This document shows, piece after piece, positions 39,697-51,018 of a stretch of DNA of 64,000 nucleotides. Position numbers and translations under genes: made by a program. The stretch is from assembly GCA_020891255.1 (NCBI GenBank), contig BQFW01000014.1, positions 1,736,001-1,800,000 on the forward strand, given 5' to 3'. This DNA is from Entomortierella parvispora E1425. Lineage: Eukaryota > Fungi > Mortierellomycota. The stretch's first letter is position 1; every line of letters starts with the position of its first letter. The notes below the pieces were generated by a model. It was not told where the DNA came from. It saw only the letters and a program-made list of their open reading frames with translations, and made no database searches.

Positions 39697-42600
39697 ATGC
39701 CCAAGCATCAATTGTCTCAACAGGACCAGGAACCGCCCCAGGAACCCAAGCAGCAACAACAGCAACAACAGCGGACGCGAAAACGACAGAAACGAGAGCC
39801 TCCGACAACTGGCCAGCAACCATGCTCCCAGCAAGTCGATTCATCTCAACGTGAATCTAATGTAATGCTCGACTCGACTACGTCAGCTCTACGCATGCTG
39901 CGGAATGAACAGTGCCATCTGTGTGCCTCTATGCCATTCTGTTTGCCTATATACTCATGCTCCATCTCTCTGGGCTTCGTTGTACCTGCAGGATTCACTC
40001 GACGCGTCCGAGCTCGCGGCGTCACGACAACACGACAACACGCAAGGAATCTCGTCTAGTACTTCTATTGTCGCGCAGTTCCATGCGGACAAGAAGGCGC
40101 GTCAAGCTCATGAGCTTGACTTGAGACAAAAGGAGTTGGCCTGTATGCAACTTGTCCGCGAACAGCGAAGGGAAAGTATCAAGACGTCGACGCGTGCACT
40201 CTATGACCGATATCAAGCCGTATTCTCTGTAAGTTGGGCCAAGTGTACGATCGTGGCTGATCATGGCTGACAGTGCCCTTTATCCTTTTTTTTTTTTTTT
40301 TTTTTTCTAATTCGTCTACTACAAACACCCATAAACTCATTAATGACTAGAAATGGTGCACGGAAGCTGGATACTCAGACGCCAACGTCATCGAAGAGAA
40401 AGTCTTGCGTTACTGGACTTGTTTAACTGCATCGAAAGAGGACCCAAGCAAGGGTAAGAACCGATAATCACATTTTGTATCTCCATTGTCTACGTATTCT
40501 CATCAGAATGACCTCTATGTCAACTTCCATGTTAACAGGTATCATCATTTTACCTACTGGAATGCGCGGGAAAAGAAAAAGCAATTGAAGACGAGAGAGA
40601 AAGAGGCGACGACAACAGTGACAGTGACAGCGATGGTCATGATAGCGACGACACTGATGATGACAACGATAGTGACAGCGATAGTGTCAATGACGACCTC
40701 GGTGAGAATGTATGTCATTCCGACAGGGGATTACCGGCCAATGCACCGTCTCTCTCAACGGTAAAATTACACGCATCCGCCATCGGAGAACTCTACCGTC
40801 AGCAACGTGTGGACCCAGACAACAAAGTCATGTTCAGGTGTCTCGAGAGAAAGCCGATGGATTACCTGAGGGACCTGATTACGAGTTACGAAAGAAGAGT
40901 GGCGGTCACGAAGAGAGCGACAGATACCGATCAAGGCTCAGCAAACTTTGTCGAGGAGGACCCTTTGGAGAATGTCAAGATGGTAATGGTGCACTTTTGG
41001 CACCATAATATACAGGGCGAACAGAGCAAATGGACACGAGTGATAACTGGTCTTCGCCATCGAGCTGACGCCGCCCTTCGATTTTTTATGATGTGCCGCA
41101 GTGAAACCACACGCAGGATGAGATTGATCGACCTCTTTGGCCAGAATGTTGCACGTCCAGTGCGGAAAGATCGGGAGCAGGAGAGAAAATTCGTCCTTGG
41201 TGTGGTTTTGATGACAAGACAAGGAAAAATGAACAATAATGGCAAGATCCGATATAATGTCGTGGTACGAAACCCAGACGTGGAAGCGTGTCCTGTCGGT
41301 GCTCTAGCCTTTTATCTGCTTGAGTACTGGTTGGTAAGTTTGAACTTTTTGATTATGACGTACATTTTATGAGCTGGGTGAGGCTCTACCCCTTTCTAAT
41401 CTGAATTATCTAGCCTACTTCCTCATCGGCTGCCCCTCCGCCTAGAGTAGAAGATCACGACTGGGTCAACTATCACTTGTTGTCAAAGTCCACCACACGA
41501 ACATCAGAGATACGATATGCCACACAGTACAAGCAGACACGCGAGGTCCAGGATTATCTCAACATTGGTGTCAAAGGCAAAGCAACCCATCTCAGTAGAC
41601 GACTGGGTGCTTTTTTGGCGCGGCTGACTGGAGCCACGCACGAAGATATATCGAAACACGGCGGCTGGGGGACAAACCGACTCATCACCCATTACCTCGA
41701 CGGCGTCGATGCATCTGTGGCGTTGCAAATGGCCGGATTTGAGAATGGCCGTACGGAAAACTTTTGGCTGGAGCGTAATGTCATTCCAGACCTCGAGCTA
41801 CAGCGCATGGTCTTCCCATTCATTGAACGTGCATGCTCAAATCCTGAGGACAAAAAAGCACTACGACCCTTTCTGGATCCAGACCATCGACAACATCATG
41901 CTGGATCGGAGCATATTCTACGGACGTCAAGAGGAAAATATTAAGATCAAAAAAATCAAGAAAAGGGCTGCACGGAAAGTTCTCTCTGATGAGGCAATCT
42001 CGCGTCGACGGCATCTTTGTCTGCTTGCCCACTTGCGGAAAGTCATTCTGCAGGACGCCGCCGTCTTTTTTATTGGCCGAGAACAAATCTTCCCGGCACC
42101 CTATTTTCAAGCGTGAAGTATTCAGGTCTCCGGAATTTTTGGCCTTTAAGAAGTTGATGGCAGAAACGTTAGCCCACACTTCCCTTCGCCCTAGCAACCT
42201 AACGTCCGTGGCACCTGTTATTCAGCGGCAACTGGAGGCCGCCAATGCCCTCATATCACAGCAAACTTCCCGACAACAAACAATGAGCACTGCGATCTCC
42301 AAGATCTCGGATAACATTGAGAGGCTCCAAGTCTACCAGGACCGCCGAGCCTTGCATGCAGAGCAGCGTAATCAGTATGTCCTTGAGGGTGTCGTTCAAG
42401 GTATGGGCAAGGTGAATGACAAGATTGATGCCCTAGTGAAGTCATTAGCGGCCTCTCTGTCAGATGCTGCTGGTCGGATGACCTCTATAACCCAAGAACA
42501 AGAACAAGGAGGCTTGAGTATCACTGAAGGGTCCGTTCTACCTCGTTTGGGTCTGCTGTCAAAAGAGCAGGAAGCCCCAGGTGCCCCGATTCTCAGCCTG

Positions 42601-43200
42601 CAATTATCGAGGGTAGAAGAATCGAGCTTAGTCGCTCCTCCTCCTTCCATTATCCATCCACGTTGTCATGATGACAGCGGCCATTCTGTCAAAACTCAAG
42701 ATAAAATCCAAGCTGTGGCTGTAGTAATTGCGCACTACAGAAGAGAGAGAGGCGAGGTTGACCCTCCTATGCCCAGGCACATGCCTTTGTGCACGTTGGT
42801 CCCTCGGCCAAACACGCTAGAGGGGGTTTGGCAAGAGTGGTTCTATGGTGTCAATGGTAGCCCCTCAGTCGTGACGATGGATTCATGGTATTCAAATCTA
42901 TGGCGCAGTGAAAAGAATTCGGCTAACCCTGATGGGAAAAACGGGTTTGCAGGTCTCTACTTATTCAAGAAGACGATTGTTCAATCGGTCTTGCGCTACA
43001 TCCCGGATAACACACCAATTGACATGGCTATGATTGCACAAGCTCTTCAAGACTTTCAGGACATGCTGAAGGAAGATTGCAACTCTTGCTCAATTGCAGC
43101 ATACTACAAGCTTTTGCCCAAAAAGGTTTCCAAGAGGTTTGGAAGCTCAGAAGAAAAAGAGCAAGGAAAAGGAAAGGTGAAAGCAAAAGAGCAACCATAG
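39697..43200 (+). mobile_element. Crypton (tyrosine recombinase, Ndc10-II-like plus GCR1_C domain) gene with probable frameshifts
   Basis: STVKLHASAIGELYRQQ, MCRSE, QGKMN, CPVGALAFY, THLSRRLGA, KHGGW, HYL, LRKVILQDAA and the GCR1_C-like VWQEWFYG. The frame shifts +1 at homopolymers ~40576, ~41852 and ~42066. Confidence 0.88.
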
Positions 43201-43631
43201 TTTTTTTTTTTTTCCTTTTTTTTTTTTTTTTAATAAAATACACATGCGCGTGCGCACACACGCTCTCACACACGCAGACATGAAAAATACGACAGAGAAA
43301 CAGTGAGTGAGAGGAAAGGGAAGAGAGGGAGGAGAGGGAGGAGGGAGAGGGGAGGGGAGGGAGGGAGGGAGGAGAGAAGTACGTACGGAGATTCGACAGG
43401 CAGTCGTTGATCAAAGACGATGCCAGACCGTCAGGGGGGACTGTGGCTCATCATCTCATAATGGATAAAAAGGGGCGAAAACAAAATTTCATTGGTTTTG
43501 ACGGTCCATTGGCAATGGCCCTGACTATGTTACACACGCCCTCATAGGCCGTCCATAAAAATCCATTCAACAAAAATGAACCGTGAATTTTATGGAAATG
43601 TGCCTTTCGAGAAAAAGTACAAAGAGAAATA

Positions 43632-46600
43632 TTAGATATTCTGTGGCCAATTTTGATTTGATGTGAGCAGCAATGCATTTGAGCTTAGAATACTTACATA
43701 ATTTGAGCTGAGACTCAATTCCTGCATGGCACCTGCTTCGGTGCACGAGGACTGTGATGGTTCCCCAGTCGAAGTCGATCTGGTGTTGGAAGAAAGCGAC
43801 CAGGTGGGTCGCTTTGGGTCAAAGGGTGGCAGCGTGGCTCGGTCCTCTGGGTCCGATGTGACGAGAACATAGCCCGCCAATGCAATGTTGACCGCGGCAT
43901 TTATGTCGCGTCCTCGTTGGGTGTATCCCACCTTGTATGATTCGCAGTCAGGGTTGGTGCATTCGATAGCACCGTGGACACGAACCAATCTCATCTCCCC
44001 ATCCTTCTTTCTCCGTGCTCGCGCTAAACGGACCAACTGGAAACAAAATGGGCAAGTTTGTGACGACTTGTGCTCGGGGGTCTTCGCGACTGGGGTGTAC
44101 CTCATGTGCCTCTCCGGCACCTTATTCCCCCCCATTTTCGAGTGCCCCTTCAATCGTGACCCTACACCCATACCTGCATCACCGTGTAGCATGAGCGGAA
44201 TCACAACTGGTCTCGACTTTGGGCAAGTTTCGAGGTGTTGGAGGGACATCCGTGGCCTCTCCGGGCTTGTTCGATCTAGCGTAGGTTCAGGTCGGTGATG
44301 TATACCACACTTGAGGCAAAATCCGTTGGTCTCAAGTCGGGGCGGGGCCGTTATCAGCAAAGGAGGTATTAGCGGAGACTGCAATGATGATGGTAGCGAG
44401 GATGCATCTGCAGTAACTAGACGGGCGAAGAAAAAAAAATCCAATCAATCTACAGCTGTGTGACATTTGACTAGCCCCTTTTCATTTTCTGTCAACTTAC
44501 TGTTGGCCTGTCGGCTGAACGCTTTCCTCTCCTTCGCCGCAATACGATCATAGGCGCGCCTTAGTCGTAGTTCTTTGTAGTGTCGTAGATTCTGCATCTT
44601 CTTGCTGTTTTCGAATATTCGAAGGTCTTTCCGTACCCTTCGTCGCAACTCCTGGGCCTCCTCAATGGCATGTGAGGTGCTTGCTCGTGTGATGGAAGTA
44701 TCAGCAAGCTTGGTGTATACTTCGGATATCGTCTCCGGCCCGGCCGTCCCTGGGATTGTCGTTTCGGTGACCATCTTTGATCGTACTTGGGACTGTCTAG
44801 TCAACCCTCCATGATGTCGGATATTTGACACTTTGGTCTGATGTGCCGCGGGAAACCTCATCTGCTGAAGAGTAGCAGGAACATAGTCGGGCGGCTCAGG
44901 TTCAATACCCGCCAAGACATCAAACCTGTTCTTCATAGAGATGAGGGTGCTCTCGGGAACGGGGACAGTGTTGAAGAGGATGTGTGCCCCTGGATCCGTG
45001 CCTCCTGGCATCAATACCATCTGTCTCTTGGTGGGATCCAAGTTGTTGTCCTCAATTTCTGCCACCAACCCCTTGATATTTATCGACTCTGCCTTGTCGA
45101 GGCAACCAAGTCGACGGATTGTGGGATTTGAGGAGAATGGGCCGGCAGGAACAGAGGAGGATGAATTGACAGGGGCCGAGGAGGAAGAGCCGGCAGGGAC
45201 CGCGGAAGACGAGCTGGCAGGGGAGCTGGCAGGTGCTGAAGAGGCCGATGACGACGAGGATGTTGTGGAGGAGTAGTATTTGTTATGATCATACTTCTTT
45301 TGTCGTAGGTCTTTGATTTCCGCCCGCATGCGCAATATTTCACGTTGAACATCATGAAAATCATTACGCATTTTCTGCATGTTGGTCTTGAATTGGTCGG
45401 TCACCGATACTCGAGCATCCTGAAAATTGGACTTCAGGGTCTTGAGTTGCTTCTCAAGATTAGCTGCTTTCCTGTTTCGTCCTTGAAGGGCCTTTTCCTT
45501 TACTTTGATAGTATCGGTAAGGTCGTCTGCGATCTTTTTTGCCCGCGGTTTCGTCATTCCCTTCTTTTCGAGTTCCTGCTGCCTCAGTTGGTTGTAAGAA
45601 GGCTCCCGCTGCTTTTTCAATTTCTTCGTCTTAAGCCTCTTTTCCTTGAACAGGTTCTTTGGGGCATCTTTTCGAATCCCATGTCCCATAATTCGTACAG
45701 TGTTTTTGTCGACAAACAGAAGCCTGTCGTGCACAAAATGAAATGTTAAGGTCATGTTCTTGGTAATGTTCGAATACAATGTCGTTCACTCTTGGCACAT
45801 TCCCTCTTACCGATCAGCAAATACAAGCCCGTATTTTTGGCAGATGGAATGGATAACACTCATATCGAAGAAGGCCCCGAATATGACGGGAGCGTTTTTT
45901 ACTCCAAGTGCCTGAGTTGAACACAAGGTTCCTTCGGCATCGAAAACATCAAAATGCTCCTTCTTTGATGAACAAAGCGCCTCCCGAATCCCAGTTGAGC
46001 CCAATGGGAGTGGATGAAGTTTTCCTGCAGACGATATCGGATAGAGCTTCCTCGTAAAATCGCCAAACCCCATCGCATGCAGTAGATGATTCGCCAAGTA
46101 AGCAAACGGCCCTGTCGCTAGGACATGTCGCGGGATGGTGCCTGATGTGGGCTTTGGTGTAAAGGGTCTCAGTGCATTGATGATTTTCACCGCGGCATCG
46201 ACCTCGTTCTCCTTAAACGTGTGGCTGTCGAAGAGATGTTGTCGTACAATGTCCTTTGTGACCAACCCCGACAACTCGCCGATATCAAGTAATTTGCAGA
46301 TCACTGTTTCCAAACCGCGTAGGTGTTTCGAGGTTGGCTCCGCTTTCCGCATTAACTCTAAAACAGGAATCATGTACAAGTCAGACACCACATAGTTTAA
46401 ATACACAATGTCGGGGATGGGTATGACCTTACCTTTTTCAGCGGCCACTGCATCGCAAGGGTCAGAGGTCGCATTCTCGCTATCCCCTTCCACCTCCTCC
46501 TCTTTGGCCTCTTCCTCCAGAGCCTCTCGGAACCCGTCGTCCTCATCCATCCCCTCATCGTCATAGTCGCTATCGTCATCCAACATAACCTCCTGGTGAT

Positions 46601-49058
46601 CGACATCATCAGTAGAGCCCTGAGACTGTGTGCTGGCTATGTTGATGAGACGGAGCAATCTTTGGACACGGTCGACACGCGAATACAATGGTTCATTGTC
46701 GGTCGGATCCGTGAGAATCAAAGTTGATCCAGACCACTCGTTGGTGCATTTGCGAACGGTCCGATCCAACTGATCCAATAAAGAGAAAAGTTTTTTCCTT
46801 CTTCTTGACTCCACCCGATTTCTGGGCTTTCGAGCGGCCTTACTGTGCATTTTTTTTCAGCCCATTTCTTTTTGTTTTGGCGGTATCGCTCTTCGCCAAG
46901 GGGTCGCAAGTGAATTCTCACGAGACATCGAACCACTGCCCTTTTTATATCGCCGTAGATATTTCCGTTCCAGATATTGGCAATGTCGGTTGCGGCCGTT
47001 CTCAGCAAAGTGTTTAGTGTCTGCGATAGTCCTGCTGGACATTCGGCGTTTTCTCGAAAGTTGTCGTCGTCACTAGCTGTCTTTTGGATACACTCGACCA
47101 ACGTTGTCCAATCCGCATGATTGTTCTCCTTCTCCGTCTTTCGCTTTTTCTCTACTGGCTCCGAGTCCCTGTCTGGAGGAAGAAGCTTCTTGGCGAGGAA
47201 ACCTAAGAAGTTCTGGCTGAAAAGATCGCGTAGATCAGGCACCACGTCGGCGTTCTTGTCCTCGGACTTCGTGATTTTCTTCAAGAGGTCGTGTGAGACC
47301 TTGGCAACCCTGACCACGGGGTCTTTCTGAAGTTTAGGATCGCGGATCTGGAAGCCGGCAGGTAGAATGCCTGTGATATCTACATCCTCCCAGTCGTCAC
47401 TCAAACAGCCCCGAAATACCTGTAGTGGAAAAAATGCTCAAAATGTTAGCAAGAGATTGATCGTGATATTGAAAACAAACCCCTTCGTCACAGAGCCTCA
47501 GCGCTTACCTCCACATGTGCCTTCATACATGCCGCCTGCACCTCTTCCATGTGGTCCGATAGAAGCGTCTGACTCTCACCGAGTAGATCGATAATTGTTT
47601 CCTTCGTATCGGCGTCAAACTCTTTGCGTAGGATCCTCTTTATAGGCAGATCACACACACGAATCAGGGTCTCCTTGTCTCGGTCGTCCTCTTTCATTCT
47701 AGGCTCGACCTCGTTGGCACTCCATTTCTCCTTCTTTTCGACAGCGTCACCCCAAAACACCTCGAAGCTGTCTTTTACAAACACCTTGAAGATCTCCAAC
47801 TGTCGATCGTCAAGTTTGTCCACAAAGTCCCTGACTGATATGCTGCCTTGTGGTCTTTTCAGATTTTGCTCCAAATCTCTAATGGCGTCTTGAAGAACAT
47901 TCTGTGGTAATCGGGTTCGAGTAGATTCCTTTTCCAGCAGGCTGGCTCGGGCGGCTTCCATTATATCTGCATCACCGACTTTCTTTTTTCTCTTGCTGGT
48001 CTTCCGGTCATCAATTTTTTTGACGGCCACCTCAACACCACCTTTCACCACTTTCCTCAAGTGCCATGTACTATATGCATGACAAATATGATGTTAGGGG
48101 CCTGGGAATCGTTCAATAGGTTCATTTGCCTATGCCAGTAATACTTACCACTTTCCGAGGAAGCACCTTTCTGCATCCTCAAGATCAAATCCAATCTTGT
48201 CTTTTCTGCAGATTAGGTGTCTTGCTCCAGGACAATACTTTGCAAGTGGTGTTCCTTGCGTCGACGGTAGGCCCGCTGACAGCGCGGTGACTGGTGGTGC
48301 GACAACCGGGGGCACAAATAAGGATAGCGTGGAGACTGATGGAGCGGAGGTTTCTGGTGCAAGGATTGATGGCATAGAGACCGATGGCAGTAGCGATTGG
48401 ATTACCTGCGGCGCAACATTTGAGACAGCCAGTGGGCAGTAGGTCCGCATATGTTCAAAGGAATCAGCGACGTGCACTAGTGCGACGACAGGCGCGAGAA
48501 ATGGCTCTATGACAAGAGTAGAGGCGCGCGTGGAGACGACAACGATTTTGACTTGCAAAAGATGAGCGAGCCTGCGCAAAAGGAGCGGTGAAGGCATAAG
48601 GCTGATAACGTCATCGGCAGCAGAGTCTTTGAAGCCAAAAGCAGTTTGTCGGGTGCGGTTCATAATATCAGCAATGAGGGCGGAGAGGGTCTTATTGCAC
48701 TCATCGATGACGAGCCCAAAACTCTGTTGAAGGACCTTCAGAGTCTTTTGAACATTTTCCGCCCCTGGAAGAGCGTTGCTTTGATCACGTAAGAGAAAGT
48801 CCATACGTTGCTGCAACATCAGTGCTCCCTCTGAGTCTGCTCAGACAATCGGCTATTTGCCTCCTCTACAAAATCATCATCATCGATGAACGAAATTGTC
48901 GTCTGAAAAGGGGAAAATGAGTATTGTGTGGGCTTGTTGACGATAAGAGCAGACAGTCCAAAGTAAGAGGCATCCAGTACCTTTTTCGAAGAGGCGCCAG
49001 AAACATCCAGCAAGTGAATCTCCATGTCCAAGTCCATGGAATCTTGGCTGCTCGACAT
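43632..49058 (-). CDS. Fanzor1 (eukaryotic TnpB-like RuvC nuclease), intron-rich, roughly 1,550-1,650 aa by manual exon joining; 5' end uncertain
   Basis: RuvC-I GTDPG (D ~44995), HGDAGMGVGSRLKGH..GG, RuvC-II PEHKSSQTCPFC (E ~44074), Zn-finger C..C/C...C, and RuvC-III RDINAAVNIA (D ~43906). In-frame GT-AG joins link ORFs 48145-48819, 47488-48060, 46718-47404, 45807-46850, 44445-45779 and 43632-44444. Confidence 0.88.
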
Positions 49059-49104
49059 TGCTTCTTAGCCAATGTCCATAAACTTGGAGATTAGGGACGG
49101 GTAT

Positions 49105-49208
49105 GGAGAGGATGTCAGAATGCAGAGAGGATGTTAGGGGTGTAGAAAGGATGTTAGGGTGCAGAGGGGATGTTAGGGGCGCAGAGAGGATGTTAGAGGA
49201 TGTTGAGG
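49105..49208. repeat. Degenerate ~20-bp tandem repeat (AGAGGATGTTAGGGG core, about 5 copies)
   Basis: Directly visible just upstream of the putative Fanzor start. Confidence 0.75.
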
Positions 49209-49449
49209 TGGGCGAAGAGAGGAAAGAGACGCGCGACTGCGGTTCGTGGCGTTTACCTGCTGGCCAATCATCTACTCGCATCCTTCACGTACTTCGCGTT
49301 GTCACGTGGATTTAACCGAGACTCGGCAGAGAGATGGTGATGGTCTTCCAGGGAACATCACCATTCAATTGAATCTTCGGAAGCTACCCTCTCTTGCTGT
49401 TCACAATCGGAAAATCGGCGATTTATCTGACCCGCCACCATGGCAGCAC

Positions 49450-50170
49450 AAATGCATGTGAGATTCCTACCATCAAATTTGTGCGCGCATTCGAAGTCCG
49501 ACTCATCTACCTGGTGTGCGCTGGCCGGCCGATGCCAAACCATATGTCAAACCGTCCAAGCACTCCTCAGCTAATCTCTTCCAGATCTTGGAGGAGGACA
49601 ACTATGAATAAGCTATTGAAAGAGCACGGCACATGGAGCGGAAGCGTGGAGTAAGTCTACAGTTTTGTCCTCCTGTTCGCTTATTTGACTTACCCCGAAA
49701 CTCGTGCCTCAGGAAACAGCGCGGAGGTTCAGGATCGACAATCCAGCGAGCAACAGCATCACGGAAAGCGGCAGCGGTTCAGAGGATTTAACAGACAGTT
49801 GAGGATAGACAGATACAACCTCCAGGACCAATTACAAAGATTTTATTTACGCAGAGACCTGCCCAATATGCTCGATTGCCTGATCCAGAGAGATCCCAAC
49901 AACCGCCACTTTCGTTCAAGCACAGCACTTGGTTCACAAATAGCGCAGGAAGATAGACGGCGATGGACTCAAGAAGAAACAGATGGAGCTCAATTCAAAC
50001 GGATTCGATTAAAGCCAGAGGACTTATCTCTTCTTGTGGATGTGGAGAGCCTACGGATGGCTCTTAAGCTCCTACAGCTTGGCTTGAATGGCCTTGTCCA
50101 TCTACAACAGGCCGCCCTCCCTCGCCCGCGAGAGAATATGGAGGATATCAATCATGTAGATTCTGATTGA
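49450..50170 (+). pseudogene. Unknown spliced accessory ORF with an in-frame stop in an upstream exon
   Basis: 161-aa ORF 49685-50170, preceded by exon ILEEDNYE*AIERARHMERKRG that ends at GTAAGT. Its stop lies 5 nt from the reconstituted Tc1 stop codon. Confidence 0.4.
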
Positions 50171-50216
50171 CACGTTTATTGCTGGACCAAGTATAAATAA
50201 AGTCTATGCTCCAATC

Positions 50217-50896
50217 CAGCCTCGACAACTGGGCCACTTTTTCGAAAAAAGTGACCATCCTTCGTTGCACAGAAACGGTGGCTTCACTCAATTTTTTGGT
50301 GGCCACCACTTGGTCGCCACTCAAAATAAAGGAGTGGTGCAAAGGTGTCAACAAACCTGCAGCTCCACTCTTTTTCACTCTTTTTCACTCTTTTTCACTC
50401 TTTTTCACTCTTTTTGAGTGATTCCTGCAGGAAAATGGTGATTTGTCCCAAAAAGGATCGCATCCACCAAAAAAAAAGTGGTCGCCAGTAGTCCCACCAA
50501 AAAAAAGTGGACCTCACTTGGGAAAGGAGTGGTCGGAACATTTTGTGCGACCCAAAAGCAGAGACAAAAAGCGCGTGTGCGGTGCGGTCCAGCGTCTCTC
50601 CTCTCGAGCAGCATGCGCATGCCCATACCATGGGCCACACTAGCTTCAAGCGTGCCGTGGTCTATCTGTTCACGCCTGTTTGTCCACGGATGTTTAATTG
50701 CTTGTCTGCCCTTTTTTTTTTTTTTGTTTCCCGTCTTTTTCCAATCCTGGCCCAAGTCGACATTCTCTCCCAGTGAAATCGTATCATGGACGCGCAAGAG
50801 CAAGCCCTACCTCCTCAACAACCCGAGGCTGATCCTGAACTCGTTCCCCAACCTCCACAAAACTTATGGCACCCACTGGTAGCGGGACTTGAAGAC
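50217..50896 (+). repeat. Left TIR of hAT (680 bp)
   Basis: Reverse complement of 54912-55592 apart from one base in a poly(T) run; contains (CACTCTTTTT)x5 and recurrent AGTGGYC motifs. Confidence 0.95.
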
Positions 50897-51018
50897 TATT
50901 TTTTATGCATCGCTGTGCAGTACATATTCAACTAATGTTAAGGAAGGACTTCTCGTCATTTTTCTCCTAATGTTTACTCAGCTAAGTCTTATATCTTGAG
51001 AGCTCTCACCCAATGTTG

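Noticed and set aside
50366-50415. CRISPR-like array in the TIR or the 49105 repeats
   Set aside because: These are head-to-tail tandem units with no unique spacers, in a eukaryotic context.
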